From the IMG/VR virus record IMGVR_UViG_3300008116_000002: DNA of 64,000 bases; one strand, 5' to 3'. This document shows, piece after piece, positions 37,517 to 46,741 of this stretch. Made by a program: the position numbers and the translations under genes. The stretch is from a virus. Its lineage: Duplodnaviria > Caudoviricetes. Within the stretch, counting starts at the first letter, position 1. Each line of letters starts with the position of its first letter. The notes beneath the pieces are model-generated. The model was not told where the DNA came from. It worked only from the letters and a program-made list of their open reading frames with translations, and made no database searches.

Positions 37517-40006
37517 ATGAAATTCTACACTAGCGTCAATCAGTATGGTAACAATATTTTGGTTAGGGGCGTGAACAATGGCAAAATGGTTCAGGAAAGA
37601 ATCCCCTTTAAACCGACGCTTTTTGTCAAATCCAGAGAGGAAAGTAAGTACAAATCCCTATACGGGGAAAATCTTCAATCTATAAATTTTGAGAATATTA
37701 ACGACGCCAAGGATTATATTTCTCAGTATAAAGATGTAGAAAACTTTCCGATCTTCGGTAATACCAATTTTGCGTATCAGTATATAACTGAGAACTTTTC
37801 TGATAACATAGAATTTGATATTTCTCAGATTAAAATTTGGTCCTTGGATATTGAAACATCTGCGGACAATGGATTCCCCGATGTATCAAGCGCACAGGAA
37901 AAGGTTCTTCTAATTACAATTCAAGATTACGAAACGAAGAAACTTACCACATTCGGTCTAAATGATTACGCCCCTAAAACTGAAAAGCATACCTATATTG
38001 GATGTAAAGATGAGATAACACTTCTCACTAAATTTTTAGATTTTATTTCCAGTGATTACCCTCACATCATAACAGGTTGGAACGTAGAATTTTTTGATAT
38101 CCCGTACCTATGTAATCGCATTCGAAGAATTCTTGGCGAGGATACACTTAGAACTTTTTCTCCCTGGAGAAATGTCAAGGAAAAAAACATCATCAAATTG
38201 AAGAAAGAAAATATTTCTTTTGATCTTCTCGGCATCGCTATTCTAGATTATTTAGATTTGTACAAGAAGTTTACTTATACAAATCAGGAATCCTACAAAC
38301 TAGATCACATCGCAAAAGTAGAACTAGGTAAAGAAAAATTATCCTATGAAGGAACCTTTACAGACTTTTATAAAAATGATTGGGAAAGGTTTGTTGACTA
38401 TAACATTCGAGATGTGGAACTTGTAGATGAACTAGAAGAAAAGATGAGACTAATTGAACTCATCTTAACTATGGCTTATGATGCAAAGTGTAATTATATT
38501 GATATCTTTTCTGCAGTAAGAACTTGGGATTGTATTCTTTATAATGAACTATGGAAAAAGAATATTGTAGTCCATCAAAGAGAGAATAGATCTGGCAGAC
38601 AAATTGCGGGTGCTTATGTCAAGGAACCTAAACCTGGTAAGTACAACTGGGTAGTTTCTTTTGATGCTACTAGTCTGTATCCAAGTATTATTATGCAGTA
38701 TAATATGTCTCCGGAAACTCTAATTACAGACTATCCATATCTGTATGATGTTAGTATATCTAAACTTCTGGAGAGTAAAGAAGATCTATCAGAACTTGAA
38801 GATAGAGATTATTGTATGACATCAAATGGTAGATGTTTCTCCAGAGATAAGCAAGGTGTATTTCCTGAAATTGTTCAAAAGTTATTTGATGATAGAAAGA
38901 AATATAAGAAACTGATGTTGGATGCTCAGAGTCAGTATGAAGAAACTAAAAATAAGCATTGGCTAAAAGAGATATCTAAGTATAATAACTTTCAGATGGC
39001 TAGAAAAATTCAAATGAATTCTTTGTTCGGAGCCATGGCAAATGAATACTTTAGATTTTATGACGACCACATTGCAGAAGGTATTACTTTAACAGGGCAG
39101 TATATTATTCAAAGTGTAGGTAAAGCCTTAGATGATTACCTGAATAAGGTATGCGGCACTAAAGACTTTCCTTATTCTTTTTATTCCGATACTGATTCCT
39201 GTTATATCACATTAGATCCCCTGGTTGAAAAATTCTACAAGAATCAATCCAAGGAAAAGATTGTTGGTATTCTCGACAAGATTTGTGAAACTAAGATTCA
39301 GGAAGTTCTAAATAAAGCATGCGATGGTATTGCATCCTACACAAATGCCTTTGATAAAAAAATTGTTTTTAAACGAGAGGCAATCGCAGAAACGGGTGTT
39401 TGGGTAGCTAAGAAAAGATATGCTTTGAACGTCTCGAATAATGAAGGGGTTCAATATAAAGAGCCCAAGTTGAAGGTGATGGGATTAGAAATCGTCAGAT
39501 CATCTACACCTGAGCCTGTAAGAGATGCACTTAGAGCGGCAGTTAAACTTGCACTAACCTCTGACGAGGAAACGCTTCAGAATTATATTAGAGACTTTGA
39601 ATCGGAATACAGAAAAATTAATCCAGAGGAGATATCCTTCCCTAGGGGAGTAAACGGATTAGATAAATATTCAGATAAAGCAAATATATATAAGCAAGCA
39701 ACTCCAATGCATGTCCGAGGAGCATTGCTTTATAATTTTTACTTGGAAAAATATGATCTAAGTAAAAAGTATCAGAGAATTAAAGAGGGTGACAAAATTA
39801 AGTTCATCTATCTCAAGGAACCTAATACTATAGGTGAGAACTGTATCGCATTTAACACTGTTATACCTCCAGAAATGGATCTTAGAAAATTTGCAGACTA
39901 TGATACAATGTTTGCGAAATCCTTTCTAGAACCTTTAACTACAATATTGGATGGTATTGGTTGGACAGCTAAACCGCAAGCTACATTAGAAGGATTATTC
40001 GGATGA
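37517..40006 (+). CDS. gp43: Family B DNA polymerase
   Basis: Exo DIET; SFDATSLYPSII; KIQMNSLFG; YSDTDS. Confidence 0.98.
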   Translation: MKFYTSVNQYGNNILVRGVNNGKMVQERIPFKPTLFVKSREESKYKSLYGENLQSINFENINDAKDYISQYKDVENFPIFGNTNFAYQYITENFSDNIEFDISQIKIWSLDIETSADNGFPDVSSAQEKVLLITIQDYETKKLTTFGLNDYAPKTEKHTYIGCKDEITLLTKFLDFISSDYPHIITGWNVEFFDIPYLCNRIRRILGEDTLRTFSPWRNVKEKNIIKLKKENISFDLLGIAILDYLDLYKKFTYTNQESYKLDHIAKVELGKEKLSYEGTFTDFYKNDWERFVDYNIRDVELVDELEEKMRLIELILTMAYDAKCNYIDIFSAVRTWDCILYNELWKKNIVVHQRENRSGRQIAGAYVKEPKPGKYNWVVSFDATSLYPSIIMQYNMSPETLITDYPYLYDVSISKLLESKEDLSELEDRDYCMTSNGRCFSRDKQGVFPEIVQKLFDDRKKYKKLMLDAQSQYEETKNKHWLKEISKYNNFQMARKIQMNSLFGAMANEYFRFYDDHIAEGITLTGQYIIQSVGKALDDYLNKVCGTKDFPYSFYSDTDSCYITLDPLVEKFYKNQSKEKIVGILDKICETKIQEVLNKACDGIASYTNAFDKKIVFKREAIAETGVWVAKKRYALNVSNNEGVQYKEPKLKVMGLEIVRSSTPEPVRDALRAAVKLALTSDEETLQNYIRDFESEYRKINPEEISFPRGVNGLDKYSDKANIYKQATPMHVRGALLYNFYLEKYDLSKKYQRIKEGDKIKFIYLKEPNTIGENCIAFNTVIPPEMDLRKFADYDTMFAKSFLEPLTTILDGIGWTAKPQATLEGLFG

Positions 40007-40437
40007 AAAAATTACTATTATTACTAGTTGCACTGCCCCTATTTGCATTTGCACAAAAAACACCTCAAGGTGTAACATATGATGCTCAGATTTTAAAAGT
40101 TAATGACGGAGATACTATCGTTATTGCTGCACCGTTTTTGCCTGCTCCCCTAAAACCCCAATTGGCGGTACGTGTCTTCGGGGTAGACACTCCAGAAAAA
40201 GGCTTTCGTGCAAAGTGTGAAGCCGAGAATCAGCGAGGACTTGCAGCCTCAGAGTTTACTAAAAACGCTGTTGCCAAATCAATTAAGCGTCAGGTCATCC
40301 TCTACGACTGGGATAAGTTCGGTGGTCGTGTATTGGGTGATATCATTTTAGATGGACAAAGCTTAAGAGCGATGTTAATTAAGAATGGTTTCGCCAGAGA
40401 ATATTATGGTGAGGCAAAACAAAGTTGGTGCGATTAA
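40003..40437 (+). CDS. Staphylococcal-nuclease (SNase) family protein with signal peptide
   Basis: DGDT, RVFGVDTPE, DKFGGRVLG. Confidence 0.88.
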   Translation: MKKLLLLLVALPLFAFAQKTPQGVTYDAQILKVNDGDTIVIAAPFLPAPLKPQLAVRVFGVDTPEKGFRAKCEAENQRGLAASEFTKNAVAKSIKRQVILYDWDKFGGRVLGDIILDGQSLRAMLIKNGFAREYYGEAKQSWCD

Positions 40438-40494
40438 TTATAGACTTATTGCATAGATTGCAATATAATATAGATTATTACTTTAGGAGATATT

Positions 40495-41553
40495 ATGTCT
40501 TTACTTGAAAAATTGAAAAAGAATTCTACAATCAAAGAAACTGAAATTTTAGAAAAGTCCAAATTCTTTAATAAGAAGGACATGATTCAAACTTCGGTTC
40601 CCATGATGAATGTTGCTTTATCCGGAAGTCTTGAGGGTGGTCTAACTCCGGGACTAACTGTTTTTGCTGGACCATCTAAACATTTTAAAACCGCTTTTTC
40701 TTTATTGTTGGCAAAATCTTATTTGGAAAAATATGAAGATTCTGTTGTATTGTTTTATGACTCTGAGTTTGGCAGCCCTCAGTCTTATTTTGATAGCTTC
40801 GGAATTGACACCTCACGTGTACTACACACTCCGATAACGGACATTGAACAATTGAAGTTTGATGTTATGTCGCAGATTAATAATGTAGAGCGAGGCGATC
40901 ATGTTATTGTTATTGTAGATTCCGTAGGAAATCTTGCTTCAAAGAAAGAAGTTGATGATGCTCTCGAAGGTAAATCTGTTGCAGACATGACCCGAGCAAA
41001 GCAGATGAAATCTTTGTTCCGTATGATTACACCACATCTAACCATTAAAGATATTCCAATGGTTGTTGTGAATCATACCTATTCAGAAATTGGTCTTTAT
41101 CCTAAGCAGATTGTTTCTGGAGGAACAGGAATTTATTATTCTGCAGATAACATCTTTATCATCGGTCGTCAACAGGAAAAAGATGGAACAGAAGTTGTAG
41201 GATATAACTTTATCGTAAATGTAGAAAAGTCCCGTTTCGTAAAAGAAAAGTCAAAGATTCCAGTTGAAGTTTCTTTTGATGGTGGTATCAGCAGATGGTC
41301 AGGATTGCTTGACGTTGCTTTGGAGGGTGGATTTGTAATTAAGCCTTCGAATGGTTGGTACTCTCTAAAAGGTGATGAAAAGAAATATAGACTAAAGGAT
41401 ACTTATACCAAAGAGTTTTGGTTGCCTGTTTTAACAAATAAAGAGTTTAGAAGTTACATAGAAACAAGATATCAAGTCGCAGGTGGAAGTATAATGAGTA
41501 CTTTCAGTGATGACGATTTAACAGAGGAGTTCGAGAATGCAAGTGAAATATGA
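40495..41553 (+). CDS. uvsX: RecA-like recombinase UvsX
   Basis: GPSKHFKT, YDSEFG, IVDSVGNL, SGGTGIYYSA. Confidence 0.96.
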   Translation: MSLLEKLKKNSTIKETEILEKSKFFNKKDMIQTSVPMMNVALSGSLEGGLTPGLTVFAGPSKHFKTAFSLLLAKSYLEKYEDSVVLFYDSEFGSPQSYFDSFGIDTSRVLHTPITDIEQLKFDVMSQINNVERGDHVIVIVDSVGNLASKKEVDDALEGKSVADMTRAKQMKSLFRMITPHLTIKDIPMVVVNHTYSEIGLYPKQIVSGGTGIYYSADNIFIIGRQQEKDGTEVVGYNFIVNVEKSRFVKEKSKIPVEVSFDGGISRWSGLLDVALEGGFVIKPSNGWYSLKGDEKKYRLKDTYTKEFWLPVLTNKEFRSYIETRYQVAGGSIMSTFSDDDLTEEFENASEI

Positions 41554-41827
41554 ACCTTGGAGCATTCAAAAGGATGGTAAAGATGCTTGGGGAGTAAAAA
41601 TCTTAGAAGGCACCTTCAACGAATTGACAATCGCTATTAACGATGTTAAACTTGAGGAAGATGATAATGTAGCAGTAGACTACGACATTATTTATTCTTT
41701 AGCCCCTACGTCGGAAATAGATGAGAATGAATTCAATGAAGTATTGTCATTTATTATTCAAGACATTTTAGTAAAGGCAATGAATGCACACGAAGATAGA
41801 ATGCGTAATCCTCCAGAACTTACTTAA
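41537..41827 (+). CDS. Acidic hypothetical protein at the T4 gp40 position
   Basis: Synteny between uvsX and gp41. Confidence 0.5.
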   Translation: MQVKYEPWSIQKDGKDAWGVKILEGTFNELTIAINDVKLEEDDNVAVDYDIIYSLAPTSEIDENEFNEVLSFIIQDILVKAMNAHEDRMRNPPELT

Positions 41828-43205
41828 TGATGATGCGTATATGAGGAAAGTAATTCCGTTTTTAAAGCGGGATTACTTTTTAGAGTCAGGTGAGAAAATT
41901 GTATTTGATAAGATTAAATCTTTTATAGATTCCTACAACTCCTTGCCAACCAAAGATGCTTTGGTTATCGCATGTCAAAATGATAGATCTTTAAACGAGG
42001 ATCAATTTCAAGAAGTATTCAATATAGTACAAACTTTAGATCCAACAGAACATAATAAAGAATGGCTGTATAAGGAAACAGAAAAATTCTGTAAGGACAA
42101 AGCAGTTTATAATGCTATTCTTTCCTCGGTTGCTATTCTGGATGGTCGAGATAAAAATAAATCAGAGGATGGTATTCCTTCGATGCTCCAAGAAGCACTT
42201 GGAGTTTGTTTCGATGATACTGTAGGACATGACTATATTAGAAATGCAGATAGCAGATATGATTTCTATCATAAGGTAGAAACGAGAATTCCTTTTGATC
42301 TGGACTTCTTCAATAAGATCACTAACGGAGGCATGCCGAATAAAACTTTGAATGTAGTTTTGGCAGGTACAGGGGTTGGTAAATCTTTGTTTATGTGTCA
42401 TGTAGCAGCATCTGTTCTTGCACAAGGTAAAAATGTTCTTTATATTACTCTTGAGATGGCGGAAGAGAGAATTGCGGAACGTATTGATGCGAATCTAATG
42501 AACATCTCATTAGATCAATTAAAAGAGTTGCCAAAGGCATTATTTGATTCTCGTATCGAAAAGATTAGAAACAAAACCGAAGGCGCTCTGATCATTAAAG
42601 AATATCCTACTACCGGAGCACACTCTGGTCATTTCAAATCTTTATTGAATGAACTGCAGTTAAAGCGCCAGTTTAAGCCTGATCTAATTGTAATTGACTA
42701 TCTGAATATTTGTGCAAGTTCTAGATTAAAAGCAGGTGCAGGTGTTAACTCTTATACTTTAGTTAAGTCTATTGCAGAAGAACTACGAGGACTTGCAGTT
42801 GAAGAAAATGTTCCTATTCTAAGTGCGACTCAGACTACTAGAACTGGTTATGGTAATACAGACGTAGAACTAACAGACACATCTGAATCTTTTGGCTTGC
42901 CCGCAACTGTTGACTTTATGTTTGCTTTGATCTCTACAGAAGATCTTGAAAATATGAATCAACTAATGGTGAAGCAATTGAAGAATAGATATAACGATCC
43001 TACAGTAAATAAAAGATTCGTTATTGGTGTAGATAGATCTAAGATGAAGTTATATGACTTAGAAGCCTCCGCACAAAAGAACATTGCTGATTCTGGTATT
43101 AATCATTCCTCTATGCCTAAGTATGACAAAATGCCTCAAGCAAGAGATATGTTACCAAAAGACTTATCACTAAAGGCTAGAGATTTTTCAAAGATTAAAC
43201 TATGA
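41784..43205 (+). CDS. gp41: Replicative helicase
   Basis: AGTGVGKS, ITLEMAE, VIDYLN, KNRY. Confidence 0.96.
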   Translation: MHTKIECVILQNLLNDDAYMRKVIPFLKRDYFLESGEKIVFDKIKSFIDSYNSLPTKDALVIACQNDRSLNEDQFQEVFNIVQTLDPTEHNKEWLYKETEKFCKDKAVYNAILSSVAILDGRDKNKSEDGIPSMLQEALGVCFDDTVGHDYIRNADSRYDFYHKVETRIPFDLDFFNKITNGGMPNKTLNVVLAGTGVGKSLFMCHVAASVLAQGKNVLYITLEMAEERIAERIDANLMNISLDQLKELPKALFDSRIEKIRNKTEGALIIKEYPTTGAHSGHFKSLLNELQLKRQFKPDLIVIDYLNICASSRLKAGAGVNSYTLVKSIAEELRGLAVEENVPILSATQTTRTGYGNTDVELTDTSESFGLPATVDFMFALISTEDLENMNQLMVKQLKNRYNDPTVNKRFVIGVDRSKMKLYDLEASAQKNIADSGINHSSMPKYDKMPQARDMLPKDLSLKARDFSKIKL

Positions 43206-43411
43206 AAACTTTAAAAGGAAAACTTCTTTCAAACGGCAATTTAAAGAGTCAGGATATGAATACTATATCGGAGATTGATTCGCCGGTACCGATTAATGTT
43301 AAAGATCTAAAGTTACCAAGTACAACAAGTGTTGATTCTTCTAAACCTATGAATGAGGAAGATCTAAAAATTTATATGTTCTGGAAAGAAATATTGGAAA
43401 ACAATCCATAA
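43202..43411 (+). CDS. Hypothetical protein
   Basis: ATGA overlap with the gp41 stop. Confidence 0.5.
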   Translation: MKTLKGKLLSNGNLKSQDMNTISEIDSPVPINVKDLKLPSTTSVDSSKPMNEEDLKIYMFWKEILENNP

Positions 43412-43441
43412 ATAATAGTATAGAAACTTCGGAAGGTTACT

Positions 43442-43927
43442 ATGGAACTTACTGTAGTTGGAGCCAAAGATCGTAATCTTACCAAAATTTTTAAACTAGC
43501 TGCGAACTTCTTTGCAGCTAAACTCTTATCACCTAGAATAGTAAAGAATATAATTCTTAAAATTACTATTCGAGATAGTTTAGATGCAGGCGGATATTGC
43601 GACTGTATCCCAACAACCAATCCCCCTAGAGTGTTTGTGATAGACATTCTCAGAACCAGAAAAAAGATCCATATGTTTACCGCTCTCGCACACGAAATGG
43701 TACATTTGAAACAATTGGCAACTGGTGAATTGAAAGATAGAAAACTAAAAACTAAATACATTAGAGTTTGGAGAGGCGAAATATATGAGGATGATATATC
43801 CTATTGGGATCACCCTTGGGAATTTGAAGCATACGGAATGCAGGACAGTCTGGTTGCAAAGTTTTTAATAGAACAAAATCAATTTAAAAATTTAAATCAA
43901 AGACGACAAGATTGGTATATGCCATAA
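43442..43927 (+). CDS. Putative Zn metallopeptidase
   Basis: LAHEMVHLKQ (HEXXH) and PWEFEA. Confidence 0.7.
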   Translation: MELTVVGAKDRNLTKIFKLAANFFAAKLLSPRIVKNIILKITIRDSLDAGGYCDCIPTTNPPRVFVIDILRTRKKIHMFTALAHEMVHLKQLATGELKDRKLKTKYIRVWRGEIYEDDISYWDHPWEFEAYGMQDSLVAKFLIEQNQFKNLNQRRQDWYMP

Positions 43928-43982
43928 TGCTTAAATTCGGAGGATTCATGATGTAACCTTAGTATAAAATAAAGGAGAAATT

Positions 43983-44165
43983 ATGGGAGAGAGTATTTTT
44001 TCGTTGTATGATATTATACAACTAGGTTTGATGCTTCTAGCTTGCTATTGTTGTAAGGCATATGGATACCAAAAAGGTATTGTGGACACGCTAGAATATT
44101 TTGAAAAGAGTGGAGTTATCGAAATCCCAACGGAAGAGCCAGTTGAGGAAAAGGAGAAAAATTAA
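43983..44165 (+). CDS. Small membrane protein
   Basis: One TM; strong SD AAGGAG. Confidence 0.6.
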   Translation: MGESIFSLYDIIQLGLMLLACYCCKAYGYQKGIVDTLEYFEKSGVIEIPTEEPVEEKEKN

Positions 44166-44206
44166 CAAACTGATAATATTAGCAAATCAACAATATTATT
44201 AAAGTG

Positions 44207-44240
44207 ATAATACCCTAGCGTTTCCCTAGGGTATTATTTT
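44207..44240 (+). terminator. Intrinsic terminator
   Basis: ATAATACCCTAG/CTAGGGTATTAT 12 bp stem followed by Ts. Confidence 0.65.
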
Positions 44241-44256
44241 GGCTGGAAAAAAGTGC

Positions 44257-44285
44257 TTGACAAGATGACCATTTTGTGCTATAAT
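44257..44285 (+). promoter_or_regulatory. Strong early promoter
   Basis: (GTGC)TTGACA-17 nt-TATAAT. Confidence 0.85.
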
Positions 44286-44308
44286 TATGGTATAGTGAAA
44301 GGTCGGAT

Positions 44309-44683
44309 ATGAACTTTAATGTAGGACAAGACGTAGAGATCCAAACCAAGATGCGGTCACACCGACTTGGCGTGGACTATGACTATTCTACTTTTAAGGG
44401 TAAGGTGGTACCTAATCCTAAATGGATTGATTCGGATTACGTTTGTGTGTACACGGGCGAACCGAATTACCCGACCTCAGTAATTCATAAGAGATTTATT
44501 GTGGGACACGTGTTCTCACAAGCAAGAACGAACGAGCGTATATTTCAAGTTAAGTCCAAATCAAAGGGCAAGACATATATGGTCGTATCGAAGGGCGGGG
44601 CGATTACGTGCAACTGTACGGGGTTTGGTTTCCGTCGTAAGTGTAGCCATTCGGACAAAGTCCGTCAGCTTTTGGAAAAATAA
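44309..44683 (+). CDS. Early protein with SWIM-type zinc finger
   Basis: CNCTGFGFRRKCSH. Confidence 0.7.
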   Translation: MNFNVGQDVEIQTKMRSHRLGVDYDYSTFKGKVVPNPKWIDSDYVCVYTGEPNYPTSVIHKRFIVGHVFSQARTNERIFQVKSKSKGKTYMVVSKGGAITCNCTGFGFRRKCSHSDKVRQLLEK

Positions 44684-44686
44684 TGC

Positions 44687-44715
44687 TTGACTTCTTGTCC
44701 ATATGGTTATATAAT
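44687..44715 (+). promoter_or_regulatory. Early promoter
   Basis: (TGC)TTGACT-17 nt-TATAAT. Confidence 0.8.
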
Positions 44716-44770
44716 TATGGTGTAGTAGTTGAAATTGATTCGTTTATTTTATATCATGGAGATCTAAATT

Positions 44771-45151
44771 ATGTCTAAATTTACAGTTGCAGGTGTTTCT
44801 ACTCAGAACGGTATCACTAAGGTTCGTTTCGCGAATGACATCGTGGCTCGCACCAAGCTGTTGTCCAAAGGTGGTCACTCTCCCCTAGAACTTGTTGAGC
44901 TGCCTAAGGCAATGACCAAGGCAGAAGCTTGTCAGTATCTGCTTGATCTAGGTGGCGTGTTTTCTAGTTACAAGAGTCTTATTACTGAGACCAAGGACAA
45001 GAAAAACGGTGTAGGTCCAGTCAAGGCACCGGCGGCAGTTAAGCCTAGTAAGGCTGCTAAGGTTACTAAGGCAAAGCCCACTAAGGTTATTGCACCTAAG
45101 GTGCAGGAAGAAGATCTTGAGATCACTGAGATCAAAGAACTGGCTGCATAA
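44771..45151 (+). CDS. Early hypothetical protein with Lys/Ala/Pro-rich tail
   Basis: Intact ORF; KAPAAVKPSKAAK tail. Confidence 0.65.
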   Translation: MSKFTVAGVSTQNGITKVRFANDIVARTKLLSKGGHSPLELVELPKAMTKAEACQYLLDLGGVFSSYKSLITETKDKKNGVGPVKAPAAVKPSKAAKVTKAKPTKVIAPKVQEEDLEITEIKELAA

Positions 45152-45179
45152 ATAACCGGAAGGTGTTATGAAGTTGAAA

Positions 45180-45195
45180 GCGCCCTTCGGGGCGC
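45180..45195 (+). terminator. UUCG hairpin
   Basis: GCGCCC-TTCG-GGGCGC. Confidence 0.6.
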
Positions 45196-45215
45196 TGTCT
45201 TGTCTTGTATAAAGG

Positions 45216-46034
45216 ATGTTTTTTATGGATGAATATTCAAATTTTTTACCTACGTATGGTATTGTTGGATTGGGGTTCGTAGGCTCTGCAGTTAAGCATT
45301 CAATGCAGGGCAGGGCTAATATTAAAGTAGTCGATGTTGATCCAACCAAATCTTCGCATAGTATAGAACAGTTAATAGATTGTGAAGGTGTTTTTGTTTG
45401 TGTACCAACACCTCAGGCAGATGATGGAGTGTGCGATACGTCAGCTTTAGAAGATGTTTTGACCAAATTAGAATACTACACCGGACCAATTATCAGTAAG
45501 TGTACTGCTCCCCCTGCTTTTTATAAAAAGTTGAGCGAGAAGTATATTAATCTGATCCATGCCCCAGAATTTCTAACTGCGGCAAATGCTAAGCAAGATT
45601 ATATATTAGGCACTTTTGCTATGATTGGCGGATCATCTAGTGCGTTTAGAGGTGAGGCGGAACGTATTATAAGAATTGGGCAAAAGAATTTAAAAGACGT
45701 TAGACATTGTAGTGTTGAAGAAGCAGCGTTGGCAAAGTATGGCATTAATACTTTTCTTGCAACCAAGATTGTGTTCATGAATGAAATGTATTTGCTTTGT
45801 GAAAAGACAGGAGTAGACTTTGATAAGGTTGCCGAGTTAATTAAACTTGATTCTCGTATTGGTTCTACTCATATGAAAGTACCAGGACCAGATGGCTTTG
45901 GTTTTGCAGGAATGTGTTTTCCTAAAGACACTTCTGCACTATATCATTATGCGAAATCAAATGGTATAGAAATGGAACATATGAAAAATGTAATTGAAGT
46001 AAACAAAAAGTTAAGAAACATCGGTAAAAACTAA
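45216..46034 (+). CDS. ugd: UDP-glucose 6-dehydrogenase-like, lacking the C-terminal domain
   Basis: GLGFVG, FVCVPTP, PEFL, K..INTFLATKI, GFAGMCFPKD; only 272 aa. Confidence 0.8.
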   Translation: MFFMDEYSNFLPTYGIVGLGFVGSAVKHSMQGRANIKVVDVDPTKSSHSIEQLIDCEGVFVCVPTPQADDGVCDTSALEDVLTKLEYYTGPIISKCTAPPAFYKKLSEKYINLIHAPEFLTAANAKQDYILGTFAMIGGSSSAFRGEAERIIRIGQKNLKDVRHCSVEEAALAKYGINTFLATKIVFMNEMYLLCEKTGVDFDKVAELIKLDSRIGSTHMKVPGPDGFGFAGMCFPKDTSALYHYAKSNGIEMEHMKNVIEVNKKLRNIGKN

Positions 46035-46043
46035 GACTTACTG

Positions 46044-46051
46044 TATAAATA
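46044..46051 (+). promoter_or_regulatory. T4-type late promoter for the leader peptide
   Basis: Exact TATAAATA upstream of SD AAGGA (46063-67). Confidence 0.7.
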
Positions 46052-46072
46052 ATTGATACTTTAAGGAAACAA

Positions 46073-46177
46073 ATGTTTCATCTAATACAAAACCCCAGTG
46101 TAAGTTGCAAGTCATATGACAGACAGTCAGAGGCCTTTGCACGCACAAATATTCTATGGAGTTATATCGAGGGTTAG
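46073..46177 (+). CDS. Putative attenuator leader peptide, 34 aa (not in ORF track)
   Basis: MFHLIQNPSVSCKSYDRQSEAFARTNILWSYIEG; SD present; last codons form the antiterminator arm. Confidence 0.65.
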   Translation: MFHLIQNPSVSCKSYDRQSEAFARTNILWSYIEG

Positions 46178-46204
46178 AGTATTAAAACGATACTAAGTTT
46201 TGAT

Positions 46205-46240
46205 AACCCTCGGCACTCACAAGGTCCCGAGGGTTTTTGT
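46205..46240 (+). terminator. Conditional intrinsic terminator (attenuator)
   Basis: AACCCTCGG(46205-13)/CCGAGGGTT(46227-35) followed by TTTGT; the 5' arm can instead pair with CGAGGGTTA (46168-76). Confidence 0.75.
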
Positions 46241-46277
46241 TATGAGGTGTTAACACTTTAATAAGTCAAAAAAGTGC

Positions 46278-46306
46278 TTGACACAGATACCAAGTTGTGC
46301 TATAAT
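46278..46306 (+). promoter_or_regulatory. Strong early promoter of the tRNA array
   Basis: (GTGC)TTGACA-17 nt-TATAAT. Confidence 0.85.
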
Positions 46307-46384
46307 AAGCACATATTAAAGAAGTAGGCAATGCAAGACAGCGTTGCTTGTAGTAAATGTTATTTAACAATTTGTACTAGTTTT

Positions 46385-46461
46385 GCCCACTTAGCTCAGT
46401 CGGTTAGAGCACAATCTTGATAAGGTTGGGGTCCCTGGTTCGATTCCAGGAGTGGGTACCA
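46385..46461 (+). tRNA. tRNA-Ile(GAT)
   Basis: Cloverleaf; CAATC-TT GAT AA-GGTTG; TTCGA; CCA. Confidence 0.95.
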
Positions 46462-46462
46462 A

Positions 46463-46538
46463 GTCCCATTCGTCTAGTGGCCTAGGACATCGCCCTTTCA
46501 CGGCGGTAACAGGAGTTCGAGTCTCCTATGGGACGCCA
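46463..46538 (+). tRNA. tRNA-Glu(TTC)
   Basis: TCGCC-CT TTC AC-GGCGG; CCA. Confidence 0.95.
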
Positions 46539-46583
46539 TTTGATATGCCGATTGAGAAATAGTACAGTCAACATATCAAATGG
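46536..46583 (+). repeat. Inverted-repeat spacer 1
   Basis: CCATTTGATATG/CATATCAAATGG, 12 bp, includes the Glu CCA and the Cys 5' GG. Confidence 0.8.
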
Positions 46584-46659
46584 TAAGGTGGCTGAGTGGT
46601 CCAAAGCAGCAGTCTGCAAAACTGTAAAGCCGCCGGTTCAAATCCGGCCCTTACCTCCA
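46582..46659 (+). tRNA. tRNA-Cys(GCA)
   Basis: GCAGT-CT GCA AA-ACTGT; U73; CCA. Confidence 0.93.
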
Positions 46660-46664
46660 GATAA

Positions 46665-46739
46665 GGTCTCAAAGTGTTCATGGACGCACATATGCCTGTC
46701 ACGCATAAAGAAGGGGATCGTTACCCCTTGAGACCGCCA
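46665..46739 (+). tRNA. tRNA-Asp(GTC), atypical T-loop
   Basis: TATGC-CT GTC AC-GCATA; T arm AGGGG-ATCGTTA-CCCCT; CCA. Confidence 0.85.
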
Positions 46740-46741
46740 GA

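Noticed and set aside
37517-43205. Inteins or introns in gp43, uvsX, gp41
   Set aside because: Lengths are typical and no splicing motifs or frame breaks are seen.
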